64,000 nt of DNA from Actinomycetota bacterium. GTDB taxonomy: Bacteria > Actinomycetota > UBA4738 > HRBIN12. A model generated the notes under the pieces. The model was not told the origin of the DNA, made no database searches, and saw only the letters and a program-made list of their open reading frames with translations. Shown piece after piece: positions 61,227 to 64,000 of the stretch (its first letter is position 1; every line of letters begins with the position of its first letter). A program made the position numbers and the translations under genes. The stretch is from NCBI GenBank assembly GCA_035718185.1, contig DASTHN010000069.1:18697-82696 (forward strand), given 5' to 3'.

Positions 61227-62393
61227 CTACTCCTTCATCGCCGCGATCAGGATGTCCGCGACCTCGGGCCGGGAGAACTCGATCGGCGGCCGCTCCCCTG
61301 TGCGGAGCATCTCTCGCACCCGCGTGCCGGAGAGGGACACGCGCGTCTCCTCGCCGTGCGGGCAGGTCTTCGGGCTCGCCATGCCCTCGCACGCGTTGCA
61401 CCAGAACGAGTGCTCGAACCTCAGGGGCGTGATGCCGAGCTCCCCCGGCTCGAACTCCTCGAAGATCGCCTGGGCGTCGTACGTGCCGTAGTAGGTCCCG
61501 ACGCCAGCATGGTCGCGACCGACGATGAAGTGCGTGCACCCGTAGTTCTTCCGGCAGATCGCGTGCCAGATCGCCTCGCGGGGACCCGCGTAGCGCATCG
61601 CGGCCGGGAAGACGGTGATCATCGCCCGGTCCTTGGGGTAGTAGCCCGCGAACAGCGCCTCGTAACACTCCATGCGGACGTCGGCCGGGACGTCGTCGCC
61701 CTTCGTCGCGCCCATGAGCGGGTGGACGAGCAGCCCGTCGACGATCTCGAGGGCGCATTTCTGGATGTACTCGTGCGCGCGGTGGATCGGGTTGCGGGTC
61801 TGGAACCCCACCACGGTCCGCCAGCCGCGCTCGCGGAACGCGGCACGTGTCTGAGCGGGGGTCAGCCGGTACTCCAGGAAGTCGTCGTGCTCGGGCAGCC
61901 GGATCGCTCGCACCGGACCGGCCACGCAGAAATCGCCCGCCTCGTGGAGCGCCTTCACGCCCGGGTGATCGAGGTCCTCGGTCCGGAACACGCCGAGCGC
62001 CTCCTTCTGGCGATCGCGCTTGAAGACCTCGGTCACCTCGATGACCGCGATGGGGTCGGCCCCCTCCTCGGGGAGCAAGGCCACGGCCTCTGCGCCGCCG
62101 ATCCGCTTCACCTCCTCCTCGTCGAGCGACAGGGTGACGGGGATCGACCACGGCAGCCCGTCCTCCAGGTGCATCGTCTCCAGGATCGAGCGGTGGTCGC
62201 GCTCGCCCTGGAAGCCGGTGAGCGGCGAGAGCGCCCCGACCGTCAGCAGCTCCAGGTCCGAGAGCTCGCGCGGGTTGACGACGATCTTCGGCAGGTTCGC
62301 CGCGCGCTGGATGAGCGCCTCGGCCTCCGCGCCCTCGGCCAGCAGGTTCACGAGCGTCCCGCCGTGGGGCGCGATGGTGTCGTTCGTGGTCAT
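61227..62393 (-). CDS. sat: sulfate adenylyltransferase (ATP sulfurylase)
   Basis: [12 protein letters not shown] and GRDHAGVG motifs. ORF 61227..62489 trimmed to the ATG at 62393 ([12 protein letters not shown]). Confidence 0.9.
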   Translation of the reverse strand: MTTNDTIAPHGGTLVNLLAEGAEAEALIQRAANLPKIVVNPRELSDLELLTVGALSPLTGFQGERDHRSILETMHLEDGLPWSIPVTLSLDEEEVKRIGGAEAVALLPEEGADPIAVIEVTEVFKRDRQKEALGVFRTEDLDHPGVKALHEAGDFCVAGPVRAIRLPEHDDFLEYRLTPAQTRAAFRERGWRTVVGFQTRNPIHRAHEYIQKCALEIVDGLLVHPLMGATKGDDVPADVRMECYEALFAGYYPKDRAMITVFPAAMRYAGPREAIWHAICRKNYGCTHFIVGRDHAGVGTYYGTYDAQAIFEEFEPGELGITPLRFEHSFWCNACEGMASPKTCPHGEETRVSLSGTRVREMLRTGERPPIEFSRPEVADILIAAMKE

Positions 62394-62530
62394 GCCTCGA
62401 GTCCTTCCGTCGGGTTTCGCCGGGGGATGGCCCGGTGGGGTCCGACCCAGGATACCGATGCAGGAGGGTCGAGAACGCGCTCCGCGCACCCGCGGTATGC
62501 TGCGGGGACCTCGTCGAAGGGGCTTTCCCC

Positions 62531-63286
62531 ATGCACACCCTCATCTCCGATCCCGAGCTCCGCACGCTGAACGCGCGGCTCGAGACCGCCACGCCTCAGG
62601 AGATCGTGCGCTGGGCGCTGGAGGACTCCGGCATCGAGCGCATCGCGGTCGCGTCCGCCTTCCAGGCCGAGGGCACGTGCGTGATGCACATGGCCTCGCT
62701 CCTGCGCCCCGACATCGAGGTCCTGTTCCTCGAGACCGGGTTCCACTTCGCGGAGACCCTCGCGTTCAAGGAGCAGCTCGCCGAGCGCCTGGGGCTCACG
62801 ACCACGGACCTCGTCGGCGCGTTCACGGTCGAGCAACAGGAGGCGACCTTCGGCGAGCGCCTGTACGAGCGCGACCCGGGGCTCTGCTGCGACATCAACA
62901 AGGTGCGCCCGATGCTCGAGGCCCTGCAGAAGCTCGACGCGTGGGTCACGGCGTTCCGCCGGGATTCCTCGCCCACGAGAGCGACGGCGCCGATCCTGGA
63001 CCGCTACGAGCTGGAGCCCGGCCGATCGATGCTGAAGATCAACCCGGTGGCCAACTGGACGCGCCGCGACACCTGGACGTACCTGAAGGAGAACGACCTC
63101 CCGCACAATCCGTTGTACGACCTCGGGTACGCATCGATCGGCTGCGCGCCGTGCACGCGGATGCGCTTCGACGGCGAGCCCGAGCGCGCCGGTCGCTGGG
63201 CGGGGCTGTCCAGATGGGAGTGCGGGATCCACCAGCGGGAAGCCCGGACCGAGGTCGTGGACCTCTCGTCCGGCGAGACCTCCTAG
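62531..63286 (+). CDS. cysH: adenylylsulfate/phosphoadenylylsulfate reductase (Fe-S type)
   Basis: Cys pairs LCCDINKV and ECGIH..., plus IGCAPCT. ORF 62435..63286 trimmed to the ATG at 62531. Confidence 0.88.
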   Translation: MHTLISDPELRTLNARLETATPQEIVRWALEDSGIERIAVASAFQAEGTCVMHMASLLRPDIEVLFLETGFHFAETLAFKEQLAERLGLTTTDLVGAFTVEQQEATFGERLYERDPGLCCDINKVRPMLEALQKLDAWVTAFRRDSSPTRATAPILDRYELEPGRSMLKINPVANWTRRDTWTYLKENDLPHNPLYDLGYASIGCAPCTRMRFDGEPERAGRWAGLSRWECGIHQREARTEVVDLSSGETS

Positions 63287-64000
63287 GCCACCACCCAGAG
63301 CGCGTCCCGCGCGAGCGTGACCTCCAGACGCGTGCGATCGCGGAGGACATCGCCGTCCACCTGGACGGGGAACGGCGTCTCGGAGGTGACGACGACGCGG
63401 CTCGCGTCGTGCCAGTAGTCGATGTCCCGCCCGTGGACGTGCCGCGCCGAGCCGAACACCTGCCACGCGATCCGAGGCACGCTCCGCCGGTTCAGCTTGC
63501 GGACCGAGAGGACGTCGAGGCCGCCGTCGAGAGACGCCTCCGGCGTCATCCGGATGCCCCGCTCCCGGTAGTAGGTGTACGGATCGGTCCTGCCCACCAT
63601 GACCGAGAGCGAGGGGACGACCTCCCGGTCGTCGACCTGCACGCCGAGATCGGGGCGCCGACCCGCGTAGCCGATCAGGAGCTCGCGGGCGACCGCGCGG
63701 AACGCGGCGCGATCGAACGTCGACTTCGTCTTCGGGAACTTCGCGTCCAGGCGACGCATCGCGGCGGCGTCCACCCCCGCCCCGCAGTTCACCGCGAAGT
63801 AGCGGCCGTCGGCCCGACCCAGGTGGAGCCGGAAGCTCGCGTCGTCGAGCGCCTTCGCGATGAGCACCCCCGTGGCCTCGACCGGATCGAGCGGCAGGTC
63901 GAGCGCTCGAACGAGGATGTTCGTCGCCCCGCCGGGGAGCGCCCCGAGCGCCGTCTCGGTCCCCGCGAGCGAGTTCACGACCTCGTTGATCGTGCCGTCG
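63283..64000 (-). CDS. diacylglycerol/lipid kinase family protein, C-terminal part (gene runs off the right edge)
   Basis: The reverse strand at the window edge reads ...DGTINEVVNSLAGTETALGALPGGATNILVRAL, the DAGK catalytic-domain signature. Confidence 0.8.
   Translation of the reverse strand, partial: DGTINEVVNSLAGTETALGALPGGATNILVRALDLPLDPVEATGVLIAKALDDASFRLHLGRADGRYFAVNCGAGVDAAAMRRLDAKFPKTKSTFDRAAFRAVARELLIGYAGRRPDLGVQVDDREVVPSLSVMVGRTDPYTYYRERGIRMTPEASLDGGLDVLSVRKLNRRSVPRIAWQVFGSARHVHGRDIDYWHDASRVVVTSETPFPVQVDGDVLRDRTRLEVTLARDALWVVA

Noticed and set aside
1-64000. Mobile elements, prophage remnants, toxin-antitoxin pairs, restriction or other defence systems.
   Set aside because: No integrase, transposase, recombinase, terminal inverted repeats, tRNA attachment sites or defence-type domains were recognised in any frame. 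Gene content is housekeeping and composition looks uniform by eye.

Overview
This is a high-GC (roughly 70%) chromosomal core region with almost gap-free coding. I saw no rRNA, tRNA, CRISPR, transposase or phage genes.

Lineage: ribosomal protein bS22, MshA (mycothiol), Rex, an RsiG-like protein and an ECF/RskA-type sigma pair point to an actinobacterium. It is probably deep-branching, because the respiratory modules look Bacillus-, Thermus- or cyanobacterium-like.

First ~31 kb, an unusually complete aerobic respiratory island:
- nuoA-L of complex I on the minus strand (nuoL is cut by the window edge), preceded by a geranylgeranyl-reductase gene and a perfect Rex operator.
- A polyprenyl synthase and a fused heme A synthase/heme O synthase (CtaA-CtaB).
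- A 10-gene minus-strand block, ccdA-resB-ccsA-ctaC-ctaD-ctaE-ctaF-ctaG-(triple cupredoxin)-tlpA. It encodes a caa3-type oxidase plus its maturation factors.
- Divergent from that block, an 8-gene Rieske/cytochrome b6-type complex III operon. It contains a 2x[4Fe-4S] ferredoxin and several uncharacterised membrane subunits. rex lies convergent to it.

Remaining 33 kb, housekeeping and catabolic genes:
- An ECF sigma/anti-sigma pair, a SpoIVB(S55)-like secreted protease, bS22, a Clp1-like kinase and two SDRs.
- A long operon running from P5C dehydrogenase through CoA-transferase, aminotransferase and deacetylase genes to pyk.
- A ZIP transporter, a TetR-proline dehydrogenase-proC cluster, and a ~550-nt non-coding gap with strong RNA-structure signals.
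- mshA, an asparaginase, an HD-GYP + RsiG-like pair, an M23 peptidase, sat/cysH and a truncated lipid kinase.

Most interesting observations:
- The ferredoxin-containing b6-type complex.
- The membrane-tethered triple cupredoxin in the oxidase operon.
- The unclassified structured-RNA candidate at ~55.75-56.06 kb.
- Two Rex operators.
- Several micro-ORFs missing from the ORF track (bS22, plus 39-, 40- and 49-aa peptides).

All functional calls come from my own reading of motifs in the translations. No database search was run.
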